Assembly: GCA_020633895.1 (NCBI GenBank)
Contig: JACKCT010000002.1
Location: 326,055 to 390,054, forward strand
DNA length: 64,000 nucleotides
Reading direction: 5' to 3'
Source of the DNA: Deltaproteobacteria bacterium
GTDB taxonomy: Bacteria; Lernaellota; Lernaellaia; JACKCT01
Shown in pieces: positions 1-8,843 of the stretch; within the stretch, counting starts at the first letter, position 1, and each line of letters opens with the position of its first letter. Under the pieces are notes generated by a model. It searched no databases. It worked only from the letters and a program-made list of their open reading frames with translations, and was not told the origin of the DNA. The position numbers and the translations under genes are program-made.

Positions 1-1
1 G

Positions 2-175
2 CGCAAGAACGGGCGCTATATCAACCCGCGCAAGGTCGACATCGGCACCTCGGTGACGCTGCCGGCCGGTCTGATGGGCGAGTTCAAGAAGCAGATGAAA
101 CAGATCAACGAAGCATGGGAGGCGGCGCCGGTGCTCAAAGACGGAAAGGTCCGCCGCGAAGGCGTCTTTAAGTGA
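2..175 (+). CDS. 3' end of an upstream gene (C-terminal 57 codons, ...KQMKQINEAWEAAPVLKDGKVRREGVFK*), function unknown
   Basis: Open frame runs from the window edge to TGA at 173-175. High GC at third codon positions. The stop overlaps the GTG start of the next ORF (GTGA). Confidence 0.4.
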   Translation, partial: RKNGRYINPRKVDIGTSVTLPAGLMGEFKKQMKQINEAWEAAPVLKDGKVRREGVFK

Positions 176-729
176 TCTTTCACTTCCTCGCGCTGGCCGG
201 GCTGCGCCTGGCGACGAAGGCGGGGCGCCGATTCGGCTATTACCCCGCGACCTTCTATGTGCGCGAGTCGCTCCTGGCGCTGAAAGTCGACGATCTGGAT
301 CTGGCCATGGATTCCTTTCGCCTGGCGGCCGGACGGCAGGAGAATCACCCGAAAGTCGCCATCCTGCGCGAAATCCTCACCTCCGAAATCAACTTCCGAC
401 GCAAAAAACTCCTCGAACGCATAGAGACGCCGAACCTGAGCCCGACGCAGCGCGAGGCGTTGCAGCAGGGGGTGGAGATTTTGGATCGGTTTCTGGAAGG
501 GGTGCGTTCGCCCAAGGGGATGCTGCCCGGCGCAGGGGTGCGACGCACCGCCCGGGACGCGACGGACGTGGAGGAAGTGGCGTTCGAACCGGTCGGCGGC
601 GCCCAAGCTCCCATCGAAGCCGAATCGGAAACGATCGTCGAGGAACCGACCGAAGACCCCATGGATATTCTGGCGCGGGCGTTGGAAAATGCCGGCGACG
701 AGGGCGACAGCGAAGGGAGATCCCATTGA
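172..729 (+). CDS. hypothetical protein, 185 aa, acidic C-terminus
   Basis: GTG start overlaps the upstream stop. Codon-usage-consistent ORF. Its stop overlaps the next start (translationally coupled string 2..1430). Confidence 0.45.
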   Translation: MIFHFLALAGLRLATKAGRRFGYYPATFYVRESLLALKVDDLDLAMDSFRLAAGRQENHPKVAILREILTSEINFRRKKLLERIETPNLSPTQREALQQGVEILDRFLEGVRSPKGMLPGAGVRRTARDATDVEEVAFEPVGGAQAPIEAESETIVEEPTEDPMDILARALENAGDEGDSEGRSH

Positions 730-1430
730 CGGCGTTTGACGGGCAGGAGCGCGCGGCCGACGCGCTATTGGGCATGTTTCGCGTTTACCGGCGGGCCTAC
801 GACACCTTCCGCCTGCCGGTCATCAGCACGGGGCGGTCCTTCGAATTCTACCGCCGCGTATTTTTCGATGGCCAAAGCGAGGCCGAGGTGCTGGGCGGCT
901 TGGCGGGCAAACTCGTCGTGGACATCGGCTGCGGCCTGACGCCCTTTACCAGCAATTCCATGTTCCGCGCCTGTCACGACGCGGGCATCGAGTTTTACGG
1001 CGTCGACCCGAAGATGAACGGCCAACTGCGTCTGGGACATTTCGACCGGCTGAAGATCTACTTCAACAACCCCCGCGCCCGCCTGGACCGCAACGCCCCC
1101 GGCGCCGAGCGGCGTGTCGCGGCCTATGCCCATCAACTGCCGTTCGACGACGCGTCCGTCGACGTGATCCTGTCGAGCTGGCTGCTGTTTATCTGGATCG
1201 AGGACGAGGCGGCGCTGGCGGAGATCTTCGCCGAGTTCCATCGGGTGCTCAAACCCGGCGGCGTGCTGCGTCAGTATCCCATGACCAAGTGGCGGCCCGA
1301 ACTGTTGGCCGACGCGGCGTGGCGCGAGGTGTCTTCCCGCTTCGAGATCACCCAGCGCTTCCTGCGCCCGGGACTGCATTGGTGGAATGTGCCGCCGTCG
1401 TACACGGGGACGTTTACGAAGAAGTCGTAA
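726..1430 (+). CDS. class I SAM-dependent methyltransferase
   Basis: Motif I-like VVDIGCGLTPF and post-I acidic residue. LKPGG motif typical of the Methyltransf_11/25 fold. Confidence 0.7.
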   Translation: MTAFDGQERAADALLGMFRVYRRAYDTFRLPVISTGRSFEFYRRVFFDGQSEAEVLGGLAGKLVVDIGCGLTPFTSNSMFRACHDAGIEFYGVDPKMNGQLRLGHFDRLKIYFNNPRARLDRNAPGAERRVAAYAHQLPFDDASVDVILSSWLLFIWIEDEAALAEIFAEFHRVLKPGGVLRQYPMTKWRPELLADAAWREVSSRFEITQRFLRPGLHWWNVPPSYTGTFTKKS

Positions 1431-1603
1431 CGGACGTTTGTTCGTGGACGTTCCGTTTTGCTACGGAGCCCTGACCGTGAGAGAGGGGTCGTCGAGCCGA
1501 TCGACCATCAACGCGTTCTCATCGAGTCGTACAACGTCCGAGAGATCCCTCATTTCATTCGGGATGACATAAAGCGGCAGGGGACGACGGTATTGTCCCG
1601 GCT

Positions 1604-2566
1604 CTAAAGTTCGACGCGGCCCTGGGGCTTGTAGCCCAGTTCGCGTCGGGCCTTGGAATCGTCGAGCAGGCTGGTGAACTTCTGCCGGTCTTTGTCGACG
1701 GAATAGTAATAGTCCGTCAGGCCGAGCTTGCGTTGCACCCAGTTGACGGTGGGCAGCAGCGGCTCCGGAACGCTGATCATGGGCGATCCGGTCAACTCGG
1801 CGAACGTGGAGATCGGCGCCGTGTCGGCTCCGGCAATGTTGTAGATGCCCTTGGCGGACTTCTTCTCGATGGCCAGCGTAATCGCCTGAATCACATCCCG
1901 CATATGCAGCAGGTTGATCATCGGGTTAAAGCCCATCGTCTTGACGATCGGCTTGGACTCGAAATAGGCGTTGAGCTGATTTTTCAGGTTGCGGCCGATG
2001 ATGTTGGTCATGCGCAGGACGACAATGTTCATCGACTTGTTGTCCATAAAGCTGCGGCAGATCATGTCGGCGTCGACGCGGTCCTTGACCCACTGATCGG
2101 TGTAGGGCGAGAAATTCAGATCCGCCGTCTCGTCCAGATAGACCGGGTTGTGGGGCTTGATCGAATACACCACGTCCGAGCTTTTGAAGATGAACTTCTG
2201 AATGCCGCCGTCTTCCAGGCATTTTTCCAGCAGCGCCTTGGTGCCCTGGATGTTGATCTTGTGGCCGTAGGCGCTGGGCGTGACTTTGCGCTTGAACGCC
2301 AGATGGACCACGGTGTTGATCTTCGCCTCGCGGAAGGTGCGCGAGAGGAAAAGGTTGGACAGTTCCCGATGTTTGAGGATGTCGCAGGTGCGATAAATGA
2401 ATTTATCCGGAGGCAGGTCGTTGAAGTAATACGGCTTTTCCTGCCGGGAGACGCCCAGCACCACGCCGACCTTCGAGTTCTCCACCAGATGCTGCGCCAG
2501 ATGGCGGCCGATGGACGTCGTCACGCCGGTGATCAGGATGTTGAATTTGTCGCTTCTGTGGGGCAC
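1604..2566 (-). CDS. NAD-dependent epimerase/dehydratase family protein (SDR fold)
   Basis: N-terminal ILITGVTTSIGRHL Rossmann motif. Length about 320 aa and YxxxK-type layout typical of NDP-sugar epimerases/reductases. Confidence 0.7.
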   Translation of the reverse strand: MPHRSDKFNILITGVTTSIGRHLAQHLVENSKVGVVLGVSRQEKPYYFNDLPPDKFIYRTCDILKHRELSNLFLSRTFREAKINTVVHLAFKRKVTPSAYGHKINIQGTKALLEKCLEDGGIQKFIFKSSDVVYSIKPHNPVYLDETADLNFSPYTDQWVKDRVDADMICRSFMDNKSMNIVVLRMTNIIGRNLKNQLNAYFESKPIVKTMGFNPMINLLHMRDVIQAITLAIEKKSAKGIYNIAGADTAPISTFAELTGSPMISVPEPLLPTVNWVQRKLGLTDYYYSVDKDRQKFTSLLDDSKARRELGYKPQGRVEL

Positions 2567-2571
2567 GGGAT

Positions 2572-3459
2572 TTAAGCCTCGAGAAATCCAAAGACGGACG
2601 TACGTTCGTCAAGTCCCTTGTTGACCATTTCCTGCACACGCATCTGCACCCGGTCGGCGAGCATGCGAATCGTGTTCGGGTCGTTGATGGCCTCCGGGCC
2701 GTAGTCTTCATACAGATGCATCGGCTCGCCGTAATACAGGTGGTATTTCACCGGCATCGGCAGCCCGCCCAAGGGGCCCAGCAGCGGGAAGAAGGGCGTC
2801 ACCGGGAAGTAGGGGAAGCCCAACATGCGCGCCAGGGGTTTGACGTTGTACACCATCGGCGCCTGTTCCTCGGCCCCGATGACGGCGGCGGGAATGATCG
2901 GCGCCCGGTACTGCAACGACAGTTCGATGAACCCGACGTTGAAGCGCAGCAGGTTATAGCGCTGCTTGTAGAGCTTGCCGGTGCCCTTGGCGCCCTCGGG
3001 GAAGACGGTGATCAACTCATCGGCTTCCAGAAGGTCGGCGAAATTGCGCCGCGCGCCGACCAGTTGGCCGCAGCGGGCGAAAAAGACGTTGATGAAGGGC
3101 AGGAAGCCCATGAAGTTGTCGACCATCGCCCGGATGATGCGGGGCCGCCGCATGTTGAAGGCCAGGTCCACGCCGATCATCATCCCGTCGATGGGAATGA
3201 CGCCCGAGTGGTTGGGCACGATCAGGCCGCGGCCTTCCTCGGGGATGTTATGCACGCCCTCGGATTCGACGCGAAAATAATAAAGGTAGACGTATCGCAC
3301 CACGGCCAGCGATGCGACGATCATCTCCTTTTCCATCCCGAACTTGTCGTAGCCCAGCCCCTGGTCCTTGAAGTCGATCTTCATCAAATGCTCGAATTCG
3401 TCTTCGGGCAGAAGCGACTTGGCCAGCGAGATGGCTTTCTTGCGTTGGGAGGGCGTCAT
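2572..3459 (-). CDS. lysophospholipid/1-acyl-sn-glycerol-3-phosphate acyltransferase family protein (PlsC/LPLAT fold)
   Basis: Acyltransferase motifs NHSGVIPID (His/Asp block), FPEGAKGTGK (FPEG block) and PIIPAAVIG (block IV). Confidence 0.65.
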   Translation of the reverse strand: MTPSQRKKAISLAKSLLPEDEFEHLMKIDFKDQGLGYDKFGMEKEMIVASLAVVRYVYLYYFRVESEGVHNIPEEGRGLIVPNHSGVIPIDGMMIGVDLAFNMRRPRIIRAMVDNFMGFLPFINVFFARCGQLVGARRNFADLLEADELITVFPEGAKGTGKLYKQRYNLLRFNVGFIELSLQYRAPIIPAAVIGAEEQAPMVYNVKPLARMLGFPYFPVTPFFPLLGPLGGLPMPVKYHLYYGEPMHLYEDYGPEAINDPNTIRMLADRVQMRVQEMVNKGLDERTSVFGFLEA

Positions 3460-3479
3460 CGCGCGCGATCCTCGAACGG

Positions 3480-3698
3480 TTAGCGTTTTCGGAAAACGAT
3501 GCGTCCCCGGGTCAGGTCATAGGGGGACAGCTCCACCGTGACCTCGTCGCCGGGGATAATCTTGATGCGGTACTTGCGCATCTTACCGGTCAGATGCACC
3601 AGCGCGTTGTGGCCGTTTTCCAATTCGACGCGAAACATCGCGTTGGGCAGGGCCTCGACCACCTTGGCTTGAACTTCAATTGCGTCTTCTTTCGCCAT
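3480..3698 (-). CDS. infA: translation initiation factor IF-1
   Basis: 72-aa protein [72 protein letters not shown] is near-identical in pattern to bacterial IF-1 (S1-like fold). Confidence 0.95.
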   Translation of the reverse strand: MAKEDAIEVQAKVVEALPNAMFRVELENGHNALVHLTGKMRKYRIKIIPGDEVTVELSPYDLTRGRIVFRKR

Positions 3699-4023
3699 AG
3701 ACCTTCACATCCGAACAATGGATACCACGGCCGCCCGATCTTAAAGGTCGGCATGGCCTGTTAAACTCTGATCGTTATTTCCCACGACCGAAGCGGACTT
3801 GCCGGATCCTTCAAACCGATCCGCAATTCCGCGCGCCTCTGCGGCGCAAAGCGCTTTGTACTTCATTTCCGCGCGTTCGTGAAGGGCCCGGCCGCGGCAC
3901 GGGCCAACGATCGCTTTCGGGAGGCGAGAAACGTCGCGGCGCTTGAGTTCGTCGCGGCGATTGGATAAAGCCGGGGGAGACTTTCGCGTTTCGCCCGGAA
4001 CGATCCGGGCGGGAGGATCGACC

Positions 4024-5004
4024 ATGTTTTCAAGTCGATGGGTCGTCGTGCCGGCCGTGGCGCTCGTCCTGGGGAGTTTGGGGATGAATTATGGCGAGGC
4101 GGCCGCCGATGAAAAATCGCTGACCCGGCAAATCCATCGTTTGCGCACGGAAACTTTGCGCCATCTGAAGATGTACCTGCCGCCCAAGGATGAAGAGCTG
4201 GCCGCGGCCCGTAAGATTCTGAAGCCGTGGCTGGCGGCCTGGGCCCGTGGCGGGCGGGTGCCGACGCCCCAGGGCTTTGACGGCATGGCCTGGACGCGGG
4301 AGACAATCGACGGACGGGATTACGCCCTCTTGCACGAAAAGGACAACAACCTGGAAGGGCGCGGGGCCTACCTTTTTCGGCGCAACACCCCCCGGCCGAG
4401 CGCGCTGGTGCTCATGGCGCCCCACAGTTTCTTTGACCAGGGCACGGGGCGCATCGCGGTCAAGGTCTTTTGGGAAGGGCGGGCCGACGCGCTGCTGGTC
4501 AACACGGCCCACCGCTACACCGGCGCCCGCAAGGACAAGGTCGACGTGCGCGGCAGCGATTTTGCCCACGACGATCAAAACTACTATTTCGTTGTCTACG
4601 AAGAGCTGATCGACGCCTATCCAAGCGGCCTGGTCGTGCAACTCCACGGTTTTGACGGCGGCTTGAAAAAGGAAAAGCGGGGCGGCACGGACGTGGTGGT
4701 CAGCGGCGGCACCTCCAGGGGCACTCACGGCGAATTCGGGCGGGAGGCGGCGCAGATCCTGACCGACGCGCTGCCCGGTCTCAAGGTCCACGCCTACGGC
4801 GACGGCGCCAAGACCCTGGGCGGCGTGCATAACGTCCACGGTAAGGATCTACGCGACAAACCGAATTGGTCGTTTTTGCATCTGGAGATGAACGAAAACG
4901 CGCGTCACCGCCTGCGTCAGGACGACGATCTGCGCAAACGCCTGGCGGCGGCGCTGGATCTGATCGCCAAGGGCGTCGGCGATCGGACGGCGAAAACAAA
5001 ATAA
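4024..5004 (+). CDS. secreted hypothetical protein (signal peptide MFSSRWVVVPAVALVLGSLG)
   Basis: ATG at 4024 gives a classic n-h-c signal peptide. The longer ORF from 3943 lacks this. No recognisable catalytic motif. Confidence 0.55.
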   Translation: MFSSRWVVVPAVALVLGSLGMNYGEAAADEKSLTRQIHRLRTETLRHLKMYLPPKDEELAAARKILKPWLAAWARGGRVPTPQGFDGMAWTRETIDGRDYALLHEKDNNLEGRGAYLFRRNTPRPSALVLMAPHSFFDQGTGRIAVKVFWEGRADALLVNTAHRYTGARKDKVDVRGSDFAHDDQNYYFVVYEELIDAYPSGLVVQLHGFDGGLKKEKRGGTDVVVSGGTSRGTHGEFGREAAQILTDALPGLKVHAYGDGAKTLGGVHNVHGKDLRDKPNWSFLHLEMNENARHRLRQDDDLRKRLAAALDLIAKGVGDRTAKTK

Positions 5005-5007
5005 AAA

Positions 5008-5056
5008 AACGGGGCGGCCGCGGAGGGGGTTGGGGCTGATAAACGGCCGCCCCGCA
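5008..5056. terminator. hairpin (GGGGCGGCCG ... CGGCCGCCCC) between convergent genes, A-run upstream
   Basis: 10-bp perfect inverted repeat at 5011-5020 / 5044-5053, directly after the stop at 5004. The loop is long (~23 nt), so this may be a structured element rather than a canonical intrinsic terminator. Confidence 0.4.
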
Positions 5057-5127
5057 GGAGAATCTTTAAAAAAGCCCGCGTCGACGGGGCTGAGTTGGTG
5101 AAGGGCTTCGAGAGAGGGGGTGTGCCT

Positions 5128-6348
5128 TCAGACGACGCGGGCGTAAGGTCGTAAGTCCTCCGGTTGTTCGACCAGGGCGTACGCGGCCCCGGAGCGTTCA
5201 GGGATGTTCAGGTTCGCCGCCACCGGATGCAGCAGACCCTGGATGTAGAGCACCAGCGTCATGCGCAGCTTGTCGGCCTCCGGCAGTTCCTCGTCTTCGA
5301 ACATCGAGGACATGCAGAAGTTGGCGGCCAGATGTTCTTCGTAGCGTTCCAGGAATCGGCACGAGGCGGGCAGGGCTTCGCGAATCGCCGGCGGATTGTG
5401 ATGCAGTCCGACGTTCTCCAGCGCGCCTTCCCGTTCCAGGATGTGCACGATGCGTTCCCGCGAGAGCATCGCGGTGAAGTGCCACAGGGTCTCGGCCACG
5501 TGGGGAACCCACAGCAGGCCCTGGTGGACGCCCGGGTCGCCGTCCGAGAACTTCATCGACTTGGCGTGGACGCTTTTCACCAGGATTTCTTCGAAAAGCA
5601 GCCGCTGGTAACGCAGCCAGAAGTGGTCGATCAAAAAGCTGTCGAGCACGCCGGCCTTGCGCAGGCGTTCGAGCGGGTTGCCGCCGATTGTCTCGGCGTG
5701 ACGGCGCATGCCCTGCGTTTCGGTGGCGACGCCCTGGTCGCGCAGGAACGCGATGAAGTCGGTCAACACCGGCCCGGACGGCCAGACACCGATGGGCACG
5801 CCGCCGTACAGGCCGATATCCACGCGACCTTCCTCGAATTCGATCTGAAGCTGACCATAGCTCTGACGCAGCCAATGGTTGGTCAACGCGACGGGCAGGC
5901 GCAGTTCCGGCGAGCGGGGCGTGGGCATGAAGGCCGGGTCGCCCATGCGAAGGCGGCGGCGGGTGATGCTCATGGTCAGCGCGCCGATCAGCGACCGCGT
6001 CGTCAGGCGGCCGTCATAGGCCACCACATGGCGCGAGGGCAGGGGCGGCGTCGGCGTTTCTTCGCTCGTGGGATAAAGAACCAGCGTGTTGGGACCGATC
6101 GGCCAGCGCGGCATGCGCGGCGACGGTTTGTGGGACAGCCAGTCGCCGCCTTCCCGAGCGGCGTCCACGGACACGGCAATCAGATCCGGAGGCGAATCCT
6201 GCTCATCCCAGTCCTCCAATTCATCGGACGACACGCACGTCATCACCCGCAGGCAATTGGGCATGTCCGCCGTCAGGCCGGAAAGACGTCGGGGATGCGG
6301 ATCGACGAGGAGAATCTGAGCAAATGGTTGCATGTCCGTCCCATCCAT
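5128..6348 (-). CDS. hypothetical protein, 406 aa, with a degenerate receiver-like N-terminus (ILLVD ... DLIAVSVD)
   Basis: Long ORF with coding-like composition. The N-terminal ~120 aa loosely resemble a CheY-like fold without a canonical acidic pocket. No other motif recognised. Confidence 0.5.
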   Translation of the reverse strand: MDGTDMQPFAQILLVDPHPRRLSGLTADMPNCLRVMTCVSSDELEDWDEQDSPPDLIAVSVDAAREGGDWLSHKPSPRMPRWPIGPNTLVLYPTSEETPTPPLPSRHVVAYDGRLTTRSLIGALTMSITRRRLRMGDPAFMPTPRSPELRLPVALTNHWLRQSYGQLQIEFEEGRVDIGLYGGVPIGVWPSGPVLTDFIAFLRDQGVATETQGMRRHAETIGGNPLERLRKAGVLDSFLIDHFWLRYQRLLFEEILVKSVHAKSMKFSDGDPGVHQGLLWVPHVAETLWHFTAMLSRERIVHILEREGALENVGLHHNPPAIREALPASCRFLERYEEHLAANFCMSSMFEDEELPEADKLRMTLVLYIQGLLHPVAANLNIPERSGAAYALVEQPEDLRPYARVV

Positions 6349-6487
6349 GGGTCAACTGACTTGATTTTAGTTTTCGGTCAGCCTAGAGGTTTTCTGAATA
6401 GAAAAAATGTAACGATAAAATGAAGTAAAAAAGTATGTGTTGATATATCGGCTCTGGGGGCGCTACGCTTCAGGCCAATAAAGACGA

Positions 6488-6856
6488 ATGCGAGGTGATA
6501 CTGCGTTGTACGGGCGGCCGGACATTCCCGCCGTGGTGGTTTCCAAGCTGCCCGGCTTTGAGCGAGTACATGGGGAGATCATGCTCACCGGCGTCGACGC
6601 TCAGGGATATCACCGTCGTTTCGACGACTTAGCGATTGTCGGCCCGGCGATCGGCGAGCGCTCCCTCGCCTGGGGCGAGGTCCGTCGATTGACGAAAACC
6701 GGCCCGCGCGGACTCAAACTGGAACTGAAAACCGGCGAAATCCTGGACGATGTCCGAGCCGGGGTGCAGCTCAAGCGGGTGACGCTCCAAAGCCCGGACG
6801 TCTACAAGACCTTCGATTTCGATGACGTCGAGGCGATTGAATTCCTTGATAATTAA
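6488..6856 (+). CDS. hypothetical small protein, 122 aa
   Basis: High GC3 in this frame. Preceded by an AT-rich promoter-like region at 6360-6480 (the most AT-rich stretch in the window). Confidence 0.5.
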   Translation: MRGDTALYGRPDIPAVVVSKLPGFERVHGEIMLTGVDAQGYHRRFDDLAIVGPAIGERSLAWGEVRRLTKTGPRGLKLELKTGEILDDVRAGVQLKRVTLQSPDVYKTFDFDDVEAIEFLDN

Positions 6857-6960
6857 GAGGAATTTTGCGAATAGGCCCTTGCCGGCCGAGGCGATTCCAA
6901 ATTTTCCCGCGATTTCTCGAATTTTATTATTGACATCTAACCCCGGAATTCTGAAAACTA

Positions 6961-6980
6961 TTGACCGATCGGCCAATCAG
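6961..6980. promoter_or_regulatory. TetR operator candidate TTGACCGATCGGCCAATCAG, copy 1, upstream of the tetR-like gene
   Basis: Exact 20-bp sequence repeated at 7661-7680. Core TTGaCCGATCGGcCAA is a 16-bp imperfect palindrome. TTGACC also resembles a -35 hexamer. Confidence 0.6.
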
Positions 6981-7009
6981 TTTTGGTCGGCCAAAGGATA
7001 GCCCATCCG

Positions 7010-7627
7010 ATGCAGCCCATTCGCACCAACGACCCGGAAGGTACCCGCGAGGCAATTCTCGACGCCGCCAAGCGCCTGTTCGTCGAGCGTGGCTTTGCCG
7101 GCACCTCCATGAGCGAGGTCGCCAAGCTCTCCGGCGTCACCAAAAGCTTGATCCACCACCACTTCGGCTCCAAGGAGAAGCTGTGGGGGGAGGTCAAAGC
7201 GCGCAGTTTCGACGAGTACGCCGCTCTGCAAAAGGGCATGCTCCTCACCCGCAAGGGCGGGGATCTGTCCCTGCTGACCGACTCGATCAAGGCCTATTTC
7301 GACTTTCTCAAGGCCGATCCCCAACTGGTGCGCATGATGTCGCTGATGTTCCTGGACGGGGACGAAAACTGCCCCCTGGCCCAGGACGAACTGATCGAAT
7401 TGGGCACACAGCGCTTGCGCGAAGCCCAAAGCGAGGGCGCCCTGCGCGCGGACGTGGACCCGGCCCATGTCATCTTCATTTTCCTGGCCTGTGCGCTGCA
7501 TTGGTTTGAAACGAAGAAGGTGTTCGCCACCAGCGTGACGCACAAGGACCTGGACGCGCCGGCGGCGGATGACGAATTTTTGGGCGATTTCATCAAGATT
7601 TTTTTCGACGGGGTTCGTCCCCGATAA
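7010..7627 (+). CDS. TetR/AcrR family transcriptional regulator
   Basis: N-terminal HTH REAILDAAKRLFVERGFAGTSMSEVAKLSGVTKSLIHHHFGSKEKLW is a TetR_N signature. ATG at 7010 preferred over the ORF-track start at 6983. Confidence 0.85.
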   Translation: MQPIRTNDPEGTREAILDAAKRLFVERGFAGTSMSEVAKLSGVTKSLIHHHFGSKEKLWGEVKARSFDEYAALQKGMLLTRKGGDLSLLTDSIKAYFDFLKADPQLVRMMSLMFLDGDENCPLAQDELIELGTQRLREAQSEGALRADVDPAHVIFIFLACALHWFETKKVFATSVTHKDLDAPAADDEFLGDFIKIFFDGVRPR

Positions 7628-7660
7628 CGGACCGCAAGCTTAAAAAAATTTCCCGAGAAA

Positions 7661-7680
7661 TTGACCGATCGGCCAATCAG
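7661..7680. promoter_or_regulatory. TetR operator candidate, copy 2, upstream of the RND efflux operon
   Basis: Exact copy of 6961-6980, placed about 80 bp upstream of the adaptor-subunit gene start at 7758. Confidence 0.6.
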
Positions 7681-7757
7681 CCGCCGGTCCCGACAGCCGA
7701 CGCATTTTCGAGATCCACTCGCCGCCTTGAAAGCGGCGGTCCGATGGGAGAGGCGAC

Positions 7758-8843
7758 ATGAAAAGTCTTCGCGTTTCACGGCTCGCGCTGGTGCTCCCCT
7801 TGATCCTGGGCGTGGCGATCGTGCTGGCCGCCGGCGGTCAGACCCGTTCCGAACCGGCGCCGCCGACTTTCGTCAAAAAGGTCCGGGTGGCTGATGTGAC
7901 GCGCACCGACCCGTCGCGGGCCCGGCAGTTTTCGGGCGTGGTGCGGGCCGAAAAGCGGGCTCAGCTTTCCTTCACGCTTCCCGGCCGGATGAACGAGCGG
8001 TTCGTGGACGTCGGCGACCATGTCACCAAGGGACAGCGTCTGGCGCGATTGGATCAGGCCGAATTGATCAACGCGGTGGACATGGCCAACGCCCGCGTCG
8101 ACGACCTGTCCACGCAACTCGACCAAGCCCGGCGCGACACCCAACGGGCCGAGACCTTGGCCAGTCAGGGCGGCACGTCTCAGCAGCATTTCGAGCAAGC
8201 CCAGGCGGGGACGCGGCAACTCGAGGCCGGTCTGCGCGCGGCCCAAGCGCAGCTTCGCGAGGCCCGGCGGTTGCTCACCGAGTCCAACCTGCGCGCGCCC
8301 TTCGACGGCGAGGTGACGGATGTGTTCGCCGAGGCGGGGGAATTCGTCGCCCCCGGCCGGCCGGTGCTGAGCCTCAACGGAGCCGGGGCCGAGGTGGAGA
8401 TCGAGGTGCCCGAGTCCATGATCGGCGCCCTAAAGATCGGCGCGCCGGTGACGCTGCGTTTTCCGCTCGCCCGACACGACGACGTGTCCGGGACGGTGCG
8501 TTCGGTGGGGATGAAAACGGCGATGCGCGGGCGGCTGTTTCCCGTGGTCGTCACGATCGATCCCGAGGCCAAGGTCGTGCCCGGCATGACGGTGGAGCTT
8601 TCGCTGACGACCGCGTCCCGCGATGTGCTCTCGGTGCCGGTGGAGGCGGTGATCAATCCCGGCGGGCACACTCCGGCCGTTTTCGCGGTGCGTGACCAGC
8701 AGGCCCATCGGGTGGACGTGCGCGTGGGCGAATTGATCGAAGGCCGAGTGGCGGTCGAGGGCTCTTTGTCCGACGAAGACGTGGTCGTCGTCGCCGGTCA
8801 TTCGGGGCTGTTGGACGGGGACGAAGTGGAGGTGATGCCGTGA
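7758..8843 (+). CDS. efflux RND transporter periplasmic adaptor subunit (HlyD/membrane-fusion family)
   Basis: Signal/TM at the N-terminus, coiled-coil region (QAELINAVDMANARVDDLSTQLDQARRD...), barrel-sandwich layout. Stop overlaps the pump gene start. Confidence 0.85.
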   Translation: MKSLRVSRLALVLPLILGVAIVLAAGGQTRSEPAPPTFVKKVRVADVTRTDPSRARQFSGVVRAEKRAQLSFTLPGRMNERFVDVGDHVTKGQRLARLDQAELINAVDMANARVDDLSTQLDQARRDTQRAETLASQGGTSQQHFEQAQAGTRQLEAGLRAAQAQLREARRLLTESNLRAPFDGEVTDVFAEAGEFVAPGRPVLSLNGAGAEVEIEVPESMIGALKIGAPVTLRFPLARHDDVSGTVRSVGMKTAMRGRLFPVVVTIDPEAKVVPGMTVELSLTTASRDVLSVPVEAVINPGGHTPAVFAVRDQQAHRVDVRVGELIEGRVAVEGSLSDEDVVVVAGHSGLLDGDEVEVMP

